A stretch of DNA of 64,000 nt, from NCBI GenBank assembly GCA_951406725.2, contig OX597815.1, forward strand, positions 92,566,001 through 92,630,000. The letters are read 5' to 3'. The stretch comes from Octopus vulgaris (taxonomy: Eukaryota). The position numbers and the translations under genes are program-made. How positions within the stretch are numbered: position 1 is the stretch's first letter; each line of letters opens with the position of its first letter. Shown piece after piece: positions 27,533-40,326 of the stretch. The notes beneath the pieces were generated by a model. The model had not been told where the DNA came from and ran no database searches. It saw only the letters and a list, made by a program, of their open reading frames with translations.

Positions 27533-27737
27533 ACAGAGGTCGATCTGTCTCTTTACCAGTCACTCCTAATGGTGATGCTACTATTTTTCACGGAGTTACC
27601 TACCTGGGCTGTGCTACTGTCAATGCTCCACGCAGTGAGGTGGAAATCTACCGAAATATGGCTGTACTCAATGAACAATCCCAGATGTCAATTCCAGTTA
27701 TATTATCAGTGCCCAGCACATCAGAAGGTATTGTCAG
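27533..27737 (+). CDS. RABGAP1: Rab GTPase-activating protein 1 exon (PTB domain start)
   Basis: TTTTCAG acceptor and AG|GTGAGT donor. IFHGVTYLGCATVNAPRSEVEIYRNMAVL...LSVPSTSEGIVR matches the RABGAP1 PTB (LTYLGCASVNAPRSEVE). Confidence 0.93.
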
Positions 27738-28399
27738 GTGAGTAACAGTGTTTTCATTCTTTTTCAGTCTACTAACCTTATAAATCCCAACTTATTGTTA
27801 GTGAATATTATTATTATTAAGGGCAGTGGCTTAGCAAAATTGGTAAAATGATGTACAAATGTCTTGCGGATTTTAGTTCTGACTGTTTATATTCTAATTT
27901 TAAAACCTGGTGAGATTAACTTTACTTCATTTTTACCTTTCAATAATATAAGTACTAATAATGTAGTTGAGTTAATATAACTTGTGGTCTTGTACCTACA
28001 TTTGAGATCATTACAAATATTATTAGTCCCATTGGCGCAAAGCCAGCAAATATGTAAGGAAACGCTAGAGTTGAGTTAATTGTTCCCTTGTGTGAGTAAG
28101 TGTGTATGTGTGTAGGCAATGACAAATGACTGAGACATCTAGCAATTTGCTGAGCTTGAGAAGACATGTCAAGCCAACACCCAGTACACCCTGTAGAGTG
28201 GGTGGCATTAGGAAGGGCATCCAACCATAGAAACCAAGCCAAAACAGACGACTGGAGCCTGGTGCAGCTCTCCAGCTTACCAGTCCCAGTCAAACCATCT
28301 AACCCATGTCAGCATGGAAAAGGAACGCTAAATGATGATGATGATATGAAGGAACTGAGCTAGTCAGGGTGTACAATAGGATAATTAAGATGTAGTACT

Positions 28400-30280
28400 C
28401 GGTTAGGGATAAATCACTATTCCTGGCTTTAGTTGATTTGTAGAAAGTGTTTGAATGGAAACCGCACTCAGTAATTTGGTGGTCATTGCAAAATCTAGGT
28501 GGAGCTGGATGGCTTGTGGATATTGTATAAGCTATGTACAATTTGTATTAAGTAAAGTGAGAGCCAATAATGATTTCAGTGAAGAATTTAGTGTGAGGGT
28601 AGGAGTCCATATCTCAGTCCTCAGTCCCTTCCTATTTATCATAGTCCTACCGGCCATCACAGAGGAACTTAAGACTGCCTGTCCATAGGAACTCCTATAT
28701 GCTGATAATATATTTCTCAGAGGAACTAGAGAAGGAAGCTAAAACTAGAATTGAGAGGTCTTAAGGCGAGACTAATACCTCAGATTTTAGATGGCAAAAT
28801 CTCAGACAAATAGCAAAGGATATATCTCTGGGCATTATTAGACTGTGCAAAACTGCAAATATTTCACTAAAATGTGGATATTATCCTTGTGTAGTTGAGC
28901 ATTGTTGTAAAATCAACCATTTCTAACGTTTTTTTTGCATTTTTCTCAAAATGACATTTCTCCAAGAATAATTGATGTAATAGGCTGAAATTTTGCATGT
29001 GTATTACTTTGATACTTGGTTAGATGCTGTTCTAGTGTGATTAGATACATTTCGTTTGGTCATCTTCCAGAGACACTTGAATGCTATTATCCAAGGTGTC
29101 AAAAACGCGTGAACTGCTGCATATGGCTATGAGTGATCCCACAATGAAATCTAGGCTAACTTCATCAATGTATCTAATTCAACATCTAGTCTGTACCCTA
29201 ATCTGTTGGTATTCCAAGTAAGAGCATATTATCCTTGATAGTTTGGTAGAAAATTTGACCTAAAATAAGGCTATGTTTGCCTTGTCAGTCATTTTGAATT
29301 TATAATTAGGTCATGAATAGATAATGTGTAAATTTAAATATGTTTTTTGATAGAACTACCATTGTTCTTGATGTATGCCATATTTGGTTTGGCTGGGTTT
29401 TATTCCCACTGAGTGAGAGCATCTTCAATTTAGGAGTGTTTTCCTATGGCTGAGGTTTTAGTCTTGCCTTAAGGTAAACTTAGCAAATACTAAGATTTTA
29501 GTGAGTAGGAAGAAAAACAGGACTCTGACATTTTCAGAGAAAAGCCTAACTTGATATGCAAGAAAGGATTAGGTATAAATTCTATAACTGTACCCATTGT
29601 AAGTTATTAACACACAAGAAGTGTTGTGGTATCATAGGCAAACTAACAGCAAACATAAGCTCTGTATGTGAGAGATGCACTGGAGCAGTATGTATACTAT
29701 GAGTATACTGGAAACAGACTCCCTTAATTCCATGGGTGGCTCACTAGAAATAGTTGATAGCTTTTGTTACCTGGGAGGTAGTAGCTCCTAAAATATAGCA
29801 GCCAGAGTAAGAATTGGTTGAAAGAAGTTTAGGCAACTACTACCACTGTCAGCAACAAAGGTCTTCTCCCTGATTGACAGGTAGATTGTACATGTCAGAA
29901 CTGCAACGCTGCATTGTAGTAAGATATGGGCTTTCAATGCAATGGACTTGAAAAGACTGGAAAGAAATTAGGCAAGCATGCTCTGTTGTATATACAATGT
30001 ATATGTGCATGAACAATATAGTATAAATGTACTGGGAGAAAAATTAGGAATAAGAGGAATCAGATGTAGTGTGCAAATAAGAAGACTGTTGGTATGGACA
30101 TGTGATGCATAAATATGAAGACAGTTGCATAAAGAAGTGCTGATCATTTAAATTAGGTGTAGTTTGTGGAAAAGGGAAACCTTGGAAAACATGGGACGAA
30201 GTGGTGAAGGCTGGTCTCAGGACCTTGAACCTCACTGAGGAAATGATCAGGGACAGGATAACTGGTAGTATGTGGCTCCA
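28400..30280 (+). mobile_element. RTE-clade LINE 3' remnant (RT region), interrupted by a DNA transposon
   Basis: SEEFSVRVGVH..VLSPFLFIIV...ELLYAD, RGL|KVNLANTK, LEIVDSFCYLG and GKPWKTWDEVVK; many stops. Confidence 0.8.
28765..29468. mobile_element. Non-autonomous Kolobok-like DNA transposon
   Basis: TTAA|GGCGAGACTAATACCTCAG ... CTGAGGTTTTAGTCTTGCC|TTAA: 19-bp TIR, TTAA TSD, GG..CC termini. Removing it restores the RTE motif GLKVN. Confidence 0.75.
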
Positions 30281-30344
30281 AGGAAGATTCACCCAGATCA
30301 GTGAAACTAAGTTCTGGAAGAACTGTGTGTGTATATCTATATAT

Positions 30345-30405
30345 ACACACATATATACACACACACATGCGTGCGCACACGCGCACACATGCGCACACGC
30401 GCACA

Positions 30406-30485
<80 letters not shown>
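30345..30485. repeat. (CA)n/(CACG) microsatellite
   Basis: Directly visible. Confidence 0.95.
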
Positions 30486-30488
<3 letters not shown>

Positions 30489-32929
30489 CTGTACTCCTCA
30501 CTCAATTTCCTCCACAAGAAACTCTCACCACCCATCATCTCTCTAACTCCAGCTTTTCTGAGCAATGAGAAAGACAAGTAGTATTTGACAGGATTTGATG
30601 GATCCAAAGACTGCATTGTGCTCCACTATCTACTTCAGCATGGTTTTTATGGTTGGATATCTCTGGTAATGCTAAATACTTCACAGCTTTTTTCATGCCA
30701 CCAGCATGACTACAAATCCAAAGGCAGGTGGTTTTACAATTGGATCCGAAGGGTTAAAATATAAAGGAAGGGGGTCAAAGTAGACCAGGTTTCCCTGCAG
30801 TAAATAAGCTACATGGCTACTCACATTTTAGAAGAGAAAGTGGGGTTGATCAGGGTGGAGCTGGAAAGCAATAAAAATAATTGTAATGAGGTGTCTGAAA
30901 GGACCCTCATGGTATAATACAAGTTGGAGTGGGGACAGAGGAACTAAAATGTGGGTAGAGGTTGCAAGCGTGTATGGAAGTGCATTTGCAAGAGTGTATG
31001 GAAGTGTATGAGGGGTGTGTGAATATAATGAATGAAGAGCAAGTGTTGAGGGGAGGATGTAGTGAATGGTGGCTAAGGAGTTGGGGTGTCCAAGAATGTA
31101 CTGAGATGAAGAAAAACAGGTGAGTAATGTTGATGCAGTGCAGTAGATAGAGGAAGGCTAACAGAAATAAAGAGAGAGAGAAAGAGAAAGAGATATGACA
31201 TGTGATTGGGTATATTGTCAGAACGTGGGGAGAGGTAGGCATAGTATATGGTTGCAGATAAAGAGAGATAATTTGATAGCTCAATGAGAGTGGTTGTCAT
31301 TAGCGTAAAATGTGAATGGAAAGGACAGTATAAGGATGAATGATGAATATCAAGTGAAATGGTTCTGAGCAATGGAAAAGATAAGTGGTATCAAGATTGT
31401 CTAGGATTACATTACTCAACCTAAAAAAAAAAACAAGATAGTCAAGGCTGGTATACCTCTGAGCATAGATTGACTTGATCTGGGCTGAACTGTAGTTAAA
31501 TACCAAGACCAACAGTAAGAAATTCTGATTGCAGCTTTACCCTATTTCACTATTGATGCTGATTAGTCAACTACTTTTCAGGCAAGAGCTTTCCAAATCT
31601 ACCTTCTATCCACTTTATTGTTCTGGTCCTCACACAAAATACACAGCATTAAAATACACTACGGTTAAGCTGTTACTGTTTGATATCTCAAGAAAACATT
31701 ATTTGTTTCTTAGATGGGAATAAGATTAATAGCATTCATATATTTCCTTAGGATTGTTAACAGTATAAGTGAGGAAATGGTTTGTCAGAAGTTTTAGTCA
31801 ATTGAATTAACCTCAGAATATTATTGGTACTATATGCTGTTAGTACCCATCTCTACCAATAATAAAGGAAGGGAAATGTCACCTCTGGAAAGAAGTAAAC
31901 TCTGAAATACCTCAGAATATTAAATTCAATATTGTAAAGTGTCTAATACAGCTTCTTACCATATATACCAACACTGCCATCCAATCATCATCATCACCTC
32001 TACCACCACCACTGTCATCGTCAATTATCAACCTTTTACATGGTTACTGAAGCTGCTAGAAATATCAACCAAATAAATCTTCCTCAAATAACATCCTTCT
32101 GTCTGAAAAAAAAGGAATGCCACATTGGATGATCAGAGCAGTCTTAGGGCTAAACAGAAGTACCCTACATTTCTGTTTTCAGTTGTTTCTCATAAAGAAA
32201 CTAAATTGTATCTAAACTACAGTAAATATTAAACATTAACTATCCTTCATGTTTTGCAAGTTGCTTAAGTAAGCTTTGCTAGTTGACCTTGCTTAAGCAG
32301 TGACCCTTCCATCCCATCTGTTCGTTAGCTCTGGTGAAACCAGACTAGCTAGCAATTAGAAGTCACATACAATGAATGGATTAGCATCATTATCAGCAGG
32401 TTAGTATTCAATCTATCAATTAAGTAAGCTTTGAGTGGAATATCTAATTTTAGTTTTGCTTACCTGTCTATATTGTCAGTCCTCCTGTGAGCATTGTGAT
32501 TTTGTTGTTTAAGAAGGTTGGAGGCATTTAGCACATTGCTGTAGGTAGGAAGTGAGAAAGAGAGGTCAGCTAGTACATTTATCAATGTAACCTATGAATT
32601 GCTTAGACTTTTAATAATTATGCAATTTGTTAATGATTTACTGCAAAACTTTAACTTAACAGAAGTATATTGTAATGTACAGACCTTGTCATGTGATTAA
32701 GATGTTCACTTTGCAACCATGTAGTTTTAAATTAAATCCCTTTTTGTGGTACTCTGGGCAAATGTCTTTTGTTACAGCTTCAGGTCAACCAAAGTTTTAT
32801 GGGTGAAATATGGTAGACAGATACTATATATACTTGATGGATATTTGTATGTATCTATGTGTGTATGTGTTTGTGTGTGTGTGTATTCATGTGTTTGTAG
32901 CTATGGCCTATGCCAATGTTGCATAACTG

Positions 32930-33505
32930 GTTCATTTAAGAGTTCCCTTCAATTGTCGGGCAATGTGCTGTGCTTGAGAAGACCTTTTGAGTCAAGTAAA
33001 ATTGCTATCGTGACTGGCACCTGTGCTGGTGGCACGTAAAACGCACCATTCAAGCATGGTCAATGTCAGTGCTGCCGGACTGGCTCCCGCGCCGGTGGCA
33101 CGTAAAAAGCACCATATGGGCATGGTCGATGCCAGTGCCGCCTGACTGGCTCCTGTGCTGGTGGTACGTAGAAGCACCATACAAGTGTGGTCGATGCCAG
33201 TGTTGCCTGACTGGCTCCCATGCCGGTGACATGTAAAACGCACCATTCGAGTGTGGTTGATGCCAGTGCTGCCTGACTTTAGTTGTGCTTACCTGTCTAT
33301 AATGTCAGTCCTCCTGTGAACATAAAAAGCACCCACTACACTCTTGGGGTGGTTGGTGTTAAGAAGGGCATCAAGCTGTAGAAACTTTGCCAGATCAAAC
33401 TGGAGCCTGGTGCAGCCTCATGGCTTGCCAGTCTTCAGTCACACTGTCCAACCCATGCCTGCATAGAAAGCGAATGGTAAACAATGATGATGGTGATGAT
33501 GATGT
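32930..33505 (+). mobile_element. Family A retroposon with internal ~65-bp tandem repeats
   Basis: Units start at about 33026, 33091, 33157 and 33222 (GCYGGTGGCACGTAAAA..CACCAT); (GAT)n tail. A further copy is at 33555-33742. Confidence 0.75.
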
Positions 33506-34132
33506 ATTGATGGGAGTGTTGAACAAAATTATTTTGCATTATTACTTGTGTTGGAGCCATGTAAAAGTACTCAGTACATTCTGTTAAGTGGTTAGCATTA
33601 GGAAGGACATCCAGCTGTGGAAACCATGCTAAGACAGATGACTGGGGCCTGGTGCAGCCCTCCAGCTTGCCAGCTCCTCTCAAATCATCCATTCCAATGT
33701 CAACATGGAAAACAGATGTTAAATGATGATGATGGTGATGATTTGGTTACACCTCTTTATGCCCTGGTTTGTCCCTTTATCTCCAAGTTTACTTTGTCTT
33801 TCTTCCTTTCAGGATCAATGAAATATGTACCATACAAAGTAACTTGAGTTGATAAAGTTAACTTAAGCCCTTTGAAAGAGATATTTCGGTATGACTGATT
33901 TTGATTAAAAAAAAAAAAAAGAAGCAGTCCCAATTACAAAATGAAGAAATTAATAAAAGAATATAAAGTAGTTATGCTGTGCAAGGTTTGCAATGTTACA
34001 CTTGGTTGATTACTGAGCATTATTAGTTTTGACATTCAGACATTCAACTTGAATGTCAAGTAAAGTTGTAAATGTGAAGTAGACAGCTGTAAGTTTGCAA
34101 TGAAAATAAAAGTCCCATCATACATAATTATC

Positions 34133-34176
<44 letters not shown>

Positions 34177-35872
34177 ACCCATCACAACATGACACAGACT
34201 GTCACCAGTTTCTTTGGTCTCTGATGATTTACTTCATCAGTGAAGACTTTGTATTCATCTATGTCATAGAAGAATTAGACTATCAAAAACATTACTATCC
34301 AGGCTGGTACCTATAATAAAACATTACAGGTATAAGAGTTAATAGAACTGAAATGGTTTCAACTGTGAAGTGAACTTATGTCAAAGACTTGATTAGGTGG
34401 AGCTTAATGCCACTCTGTGGTACTCATACAGCAATTTTTAACTGACACTACAGTATATGTTGGTTGCAGCTCAGCTACTACTCTGGCTCAAACACTACTC
34501 TCGAGCTTGAATTCTATTCTGGTTCAAACACTAACCTGGCTTAAGTACTAGTCTAGCTGAAACCTCAATCACTATTCTGGTTCAAACACTACTCTGTCTC
34601 AAACACACTGTTTCACTGGCACAATTCTGCTCTAGAAGAGAACTGCTGCTTTCCAAAGCTATTTTTTATATACAGTTATGTGCTATTTTGTTATTTTTAT
34701 TATGAAATACATGTATCTAATAATGAAGATAACTATACTATAGGTTATCTGATAGTTTGGTTGATACCATGATATATGTATATATATATTATAAAATTAA
34801 TATAAACAGCAGTTTGCAACGTTTCATCAAAAGGAGAATCATAATTGTCACTAAATGTGACTAGGATGTTAGAAACACTTACATTGCTAGAAATAAGAGT
34901 TAAAATGCTCTAATGATGGAGTCAATGCACATAAATGCAAACATATACACTATCAGGGACCTCAGTCATCCGAAAAATGCCAATCAAGAATTCCTAATAC
35001 CAGCATCACTTTTGGCAATTTTTTTTGCCCCATCAGTTAGGACTGGCTCACACTTCAGCTCTTTCTGGACTTGCTTCTCTATTAGTATACATGCCTGCAT
35101 CATCTAAGTCAGTGGATGATTTAGCGATTTGCTAATGTATACACATAAAACTAATATATACAGCAGTTTGCTATGTTCCACCAAAAAGGAGAATTATAGT
35201 TGTCACTAAATGTAACTAGGGTGTTAGAAACGCCTACATTGCTAGAAATAGGAACTAAAATGTTCTAATGGTGTTGTCAATGTACATAAATGTAAACATA
35301 TACACTAACAGAGCCCTTAATTGTTTGAAAAATGCCAATCATGTGTGTATGTGTGTGTTTAGTGGTTGGCGTTAGGAAGGGCATCTAGCTGTAGGAACTC
35401 TGCCAGATCAGATTGGAGTCTGGTGCAGCCATCTGGTTCGCCAGACCTCAGTCAAATCGTCTAACCCATTGCTAGCATGGAAAGCGGACATTAAATGATG
35501 ATAATGATGATATATATGAACATACACACATTTATAGTTTTCTCCTAATATTACATGTCTTTGGCTAAAACTTTAATCATTCTTTCTTAACAAAGTGAAC
35601 AGTTTCAACATGCTGTAATTGATGCAAATGATAGGACAGTGACTACTTTGCTGTTTTGTGTTTTTGAATTCTATGATGGTCAAGGCAGGATTTAGCGTTA
35701 CCTGTTCCAAAAATGTTCTGGGGTTAAATCTATTGCATATTGTCCTCTTTTATGTAAAACAACTTTTTAAACAATATTAAAAATCAAATTATTCTTAATA
35801 TTTATCAATATGTTAATTTTGATATAATCTTCCAGTCACTAATGAAATGTTTTCATCTTTCTCTATCTGTAG

Positions 35873-36056
35873 GTTACTGGATCCTACTACAAACTCTGAC
35901 ATTGCCAGCTATCGGATACATAGAATTCTCTTCTGTGCTCGTGGACCCACTGACAGCAATGAAAGACGCTGTTTTGCTTTCACCTGTAGCCATGGGGATA
36001 CAGCAGAAACTACCATCTTTCAATGCCATGTATTTAGATGTGACTTACCTGAAGCG
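35873..36056 (+). CDS. RABGAP1: RABGAP1 exon (PTB domain)
   Basis: AG acceptor 35871-72, GCG|GTCAGT donor, phase 2-0. LLDPTTNSDIASYRIHRILFCARG...CFAFTCSH...FQCHVFRCDLPEA. Confidence 0.93.
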
Positions 36057-36653
36057 GTCAGTTTTACTTGTCTTCATGTCTTTGATTCTGATTCCTAGAC
36101 CAGTTATTTATGCTTTTTGGCTCATTATTTCAGTCTCTATGTTTCTGATATTAAACATTATAAGAATCAATTTGAAACAGAAAAGAGAAACCTGCCTAAT
36201 ATGTTAAAACAGCAGAAACAATTTATAGTACTTAATACAAGAAGATAGAATTGTAAGCACTTTATAGTTTAAGTAGCAGACCTCATGGATCTTCCAAGGT
36301 GTAATTTGAACCAACCATCCTTGTATGTGTGTATGTGTTTGTGCATCAATAGCATCTGCACGTGTGAGTGTGAGTATTGACAATAGTGTTTTTTGAATCT
36401 CTCTTTCTCCTTATCACAGACTTTTGCCATTTACTCCCTGCAGTATGGCATTGTTTACACCACAGGAATCTGTCATTAACAATATAATAGATTGGTGATG
36501 TTGTCACCCGACAAATGATAATTCATGATCAAATTACAGTTAGTGGGTCTGTTGGTTATTTTTGTCTCAAATTGGTTCTTATAATAGCATTTAAACATTC
36601 TTATATCATTTCAAATTGTATCATTTTTTTTATGATGCTTATTTCTGTTCTAG

Positions 36654-36913
36654 GTAGCCAAAGTTTTGTACTGCTTTGCTACAACCTTCAGGCGTGTTCC
36701 TAAGCAGCCTCGCAGTGAATCAATCAGTAGCTTGTCTGATTCTGAACAAAAGTTCATCTTCAGTGTTGGCCTCGAGTTCAAAGAAGATGATAGTCGTGGA
36801 AACTTCTCTACTGTCCCAAGGGACAAAAGTTGTTTTAAACTACGGTGCAATATGGATAAGAAAATTATTATCACTGTACAACAAAACAGTCTACTTGAGC
36901 TTAAAATTGAAAG
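36654..36913 (+). CDS. RABGAP1: RABGAP1 exon (PTB end / kinesin-like region)
   Basis: TTCTAG acceptor, AAG|GTTTGT donor, phase 0-2. VAKVLYCFATTFRR...LEFKEDDSRGNFSTVPRDKSCFKLR...LKIER. Confidence 0.92.
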
Positions 36914-37903
36914 GTTTGTTCTCTGTTGTTTCTACATTTAAAAGTGATTAGCATTTTGGTATATCTGACATTATTTCTCTCACTAACAAGGTATATAACT
37001 ACATTTGTCTGACTGAACAATTCTCCACTTCATGGTTGAGTTGTTAGCAGTAAGAGTCATCATCCAGTTATAAAACTGTTGTTTCAACAAAAGTCATTTT
37101 ACCTACCCATACATTCTCCTCCTAAATTCATTTACCCACTTAATCTCTGTTGTTAAAGCAAGGTGTGTCATCTCCTAATGTAGCTACCATGTCAGCATGA
37201 ATGTCATTGGAGGCTAAACCCTTTTACTGCAGGCCCTTGATAACATGTTTGAAACATAACTTAAGAAAACATTCTGACATAAAATTATTGTAGTAAAAAC
37301 TGCATCACAATATCAACAGACCAAAACTTTATCACAAAGGTTAGTATTCCTCTTCAGAGTGAGAAACTACTATAACTCCAAATGGTTATTAATTCTCTGT
37401 AAAGCTTAGGTGAAACAGCAAGAGAATACTGCTTCTACACATACAAACATTGTAGACTGCATCTAAGGAACATTTGACATGAAGTTACCTGCCATCACAC
37501 TCCACCCTCTGGCTCACAAATTTGCTGTTTCCTATTCCAAACTTTTCTATTATGGTCTCTGTTTGGCCGGGCTCTATTTCCACTCAGGTACTTCCAACTC
37601 ATCTCTCCTCTCTGCACCACCAATACCATGTCTTCTTACTTGGCCTTGTATAATCAGCCCCAATCTTCCATCTCCAGAACATTGTTCCTCTGGGATTCTC
37701 TTCCTGCATGTTTTTTGGTTTATTTCTTGCAAACACTGTTGACACAAATTTTTTCTCAAAACTAAAGCAGTAAGGGAAAAAGAAATACGAACACTTTAAA
37801 CAGGAAGTTTTGCATCATGCTATGAAGGGCAATTTTAGGCAATTTGTATCTAAGAGGGTTACAGAGGCATTGGTGTTATATATTGTATAATCTTTTGTTT
37901 CAG

Positions 37904-37970
37904 ATGTTTTGGCTTATTGCTGTCTCCTGGTAGAAATGTGAAACATGGAGATATGCAGCTGATTGAAATG
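37904..37970 (+). CDS. RABGAP1: RABGAP1 exon
   Basis: TTTCAG acceptor, ATG|GTAAGA donor, phase 2-0. CFGLLLSPGRNVKHGDMQLIEM. Confidence 0.92.
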
Positions 37971-39895
37971 GTAAGATATTAGATAATTTGGAATATATTC
38001 TTTATATCATTATTTCATATAGTGTATGCAACTGAAACAGTATATATATATATATATATAGCTGTCTTGATTCAGAAGTAAAATGTAAAACCAAAACAAG
38101 AACAACCAAATAATGAAATGTATTTAATTTTTGTTTATACAATGCTCAGTTTGTGCACATACACTGCCAGAAGAACGTACACTTCTAAAAATTTTATTTG
38201 TGTTTCTGTATCTTGCTATATTAGAGAATAACAAAAATGTAGTCTATTCATGACCAATCAGTCAATATATCATTTAATATAAAAATCATTTAATATATAT
38301 AATTTATCATTAATATATAAATATTTCCATTTATTTTATTTAAAATATTGACATTATATTAAACAATATATATTGCATAATTAATGTTTTTGTTAAATTA
38401 AAATGTATGATGCTCAAAGTATAAATCAAAAGAATGTTCTTCAAAAAGAAAACTAGTTATAAAAATATAAGAGGGATTTAACAAAATTTGTTTCCCTATG
38501 GCAACTCATGGTTAACTGAAAGTATACATTATCAAATGCACATTGATTTTTTTAAGAAAATAAAATAAAAAACATAATTGTGTGAGGATTTAATGCAACA
38601 GGTGCACTTTTTACAGTCAACACTGATCATGATAAAAGGTCATATTTTATAAAAAGTAAACAAAATATGATTATTAATTTAAAATTTAAATTTTTTTAAG
38701 AATGGAAATGTATGTCTGTTTTGAGACAAATTTAAACATGATGAAAACAACCAAAGACTGTTTTAATTTTGTTTTAAATATTAGCAGGGTTTTTAAACTT
38801 TTCTACTGTTTTTATTACAGTTAGTTTTTAAAATGATCTTTCAGTTTATGATTTGAACATATAGGATCTGGCAATTTTTTTAGAAATTAAAAACAATGTT
38901 GCATTGTGTGCTTTGATCAGAACTTAGCTTAGCCAAGTTTATATTACAACTTGGAATGGTGTGTATTTTGGAAACATTGATATTTAAAACTTAGATATCG
39001 GAAGACCATTTAAAAAAAATTAAACAAATAAAGAATAAAAAAAGTTGGAGGTGTTTTAAAAGAGTAGTGTTTTCATTTCTCAACATCATCATCATCAACA
39101 CTTTTGTTAAAATAATTTTGTTAATTCAATTAAGCTAGTATTTTTGAAAGAAAGATATTTCTTAAAGAAAAAATTATTTAAAAAATACTGAAAAATATTG
39201 CAAGTTTTTAGAAGGGAAATTTATGAATGACTCTTGTCATAGAGATATCTGCTATGACAAGAGTTAAACAAGATGAAAACGGTTAAATATATAAGATCTA
39301 ATGATGTTTTAACATGGTACCTGACATTCAAAACTTATCAATTGATAGGGTATTTTGAAATAAAAGAAATTGGAGAGTAGTGTGTGATTCTTCAATTTTG
39401 AAGTATTTACTTGTCTGTTAAGGCAAGTTAAGTTTTTCATTTCCCAGAATTGATGGTTTCATTTCTGATGATGCCACTTTCCTCAAAGAGTACCCAAAAG
39501 AAGAGTTAGTGTATATTATAGATGAGATTTATTTTTCTGGCATTTTATTACCCCAAAGTAGTGCTAATTATGTATGAGTGTAAAGTATAAAAACAGCTCT
39601 ACTCTAATTCAACAGTGTTATATCTGTACAAATACAGCTCTACTATATAGTACCTATCTATGGCTGAACTATATAGAAAAGCTATACTATACAGTAGCTG
39701 TTCAATATAGCTGTATTGTACAATAGCTATATAACAACAGGTGTACTAATAACTATACAACTGCTGTACTGTACAGCATCTACTCAACAACAGCTGTAAT
39801 CATTAAAAGCTAACTATGCAGTAGCTATATAACTACTAAGCAACTCCAGTTGTACTATATATCTTCTATACAACTATAGCTGAATTATATAGTAC

Positions 39896-40314
39896 TGTAG
39901 TGATGCTACTGTGTAAGGTTCAGCACGCATGCGCAGAATGGGGCTACTTCCGGGTGGCCACCGGAAGTCTTCCCCATGCGCATGTGCGGGAAACTGACCC
40001 CTAAGGAACACCAAACTCGATCACTCTCTCTGGCCATTTCAGCCCTCATGAACAGACGTGCATTTGGTAGTCTCTGATAACTATACTGACTTAGCCGCGG
40101 ACGACATCGAATCCCTTCAACCAGCCAACAAGAAGCTGTACAACAGATTCGGCTGTCGTTTTCCCTTCAGAAATACGTACACCATCACGAATAATAAACA
40201 ACACTGCTGTCTTTCCCAGATAACCTGACTTCGTCTGTTATATCTAACTAAATTGAATGTGACAGGATCGGATCGAACACCCCTTCAGTGATACCGATTC
40301 CAGATCCTGTTACA
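39896..40314 (+). repeat. 5' LTR (419 bp)
   Basis: TGTAGTGATG...CCTGTTACA; 5 substitutions versus the 3' LTR by manual comparison; AATAAA at 40193-40198. Confidence 0.97.
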
Positions 40315-40316
40315 AT

Positions 40317-40326
40317 TGGTGACCCC
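40317..40326 (+). promoter_or_regulatory. Primer-binding site, tRNA-Trp
   Basis: TGGTGACCCC, 2 nt after the LTR, is complementary to the tRNA-Trp 3' end (canonical PBS TGGTGACCCCGACGTGAT). Confidence 0.8.

Noticed and set aside
33020-33280. 65-bp repeats as a possible CRISPR or regulatory array
   Set aside because: Internal tandem units of a family A retroposon; no spacers.
34195-34250. Hammerhead-like CTGATGA...GAAAC on the minus strand
   Set aside because: Stems I and II do not pair; only a short CTGATGA/TCATCAG inverted repeat.
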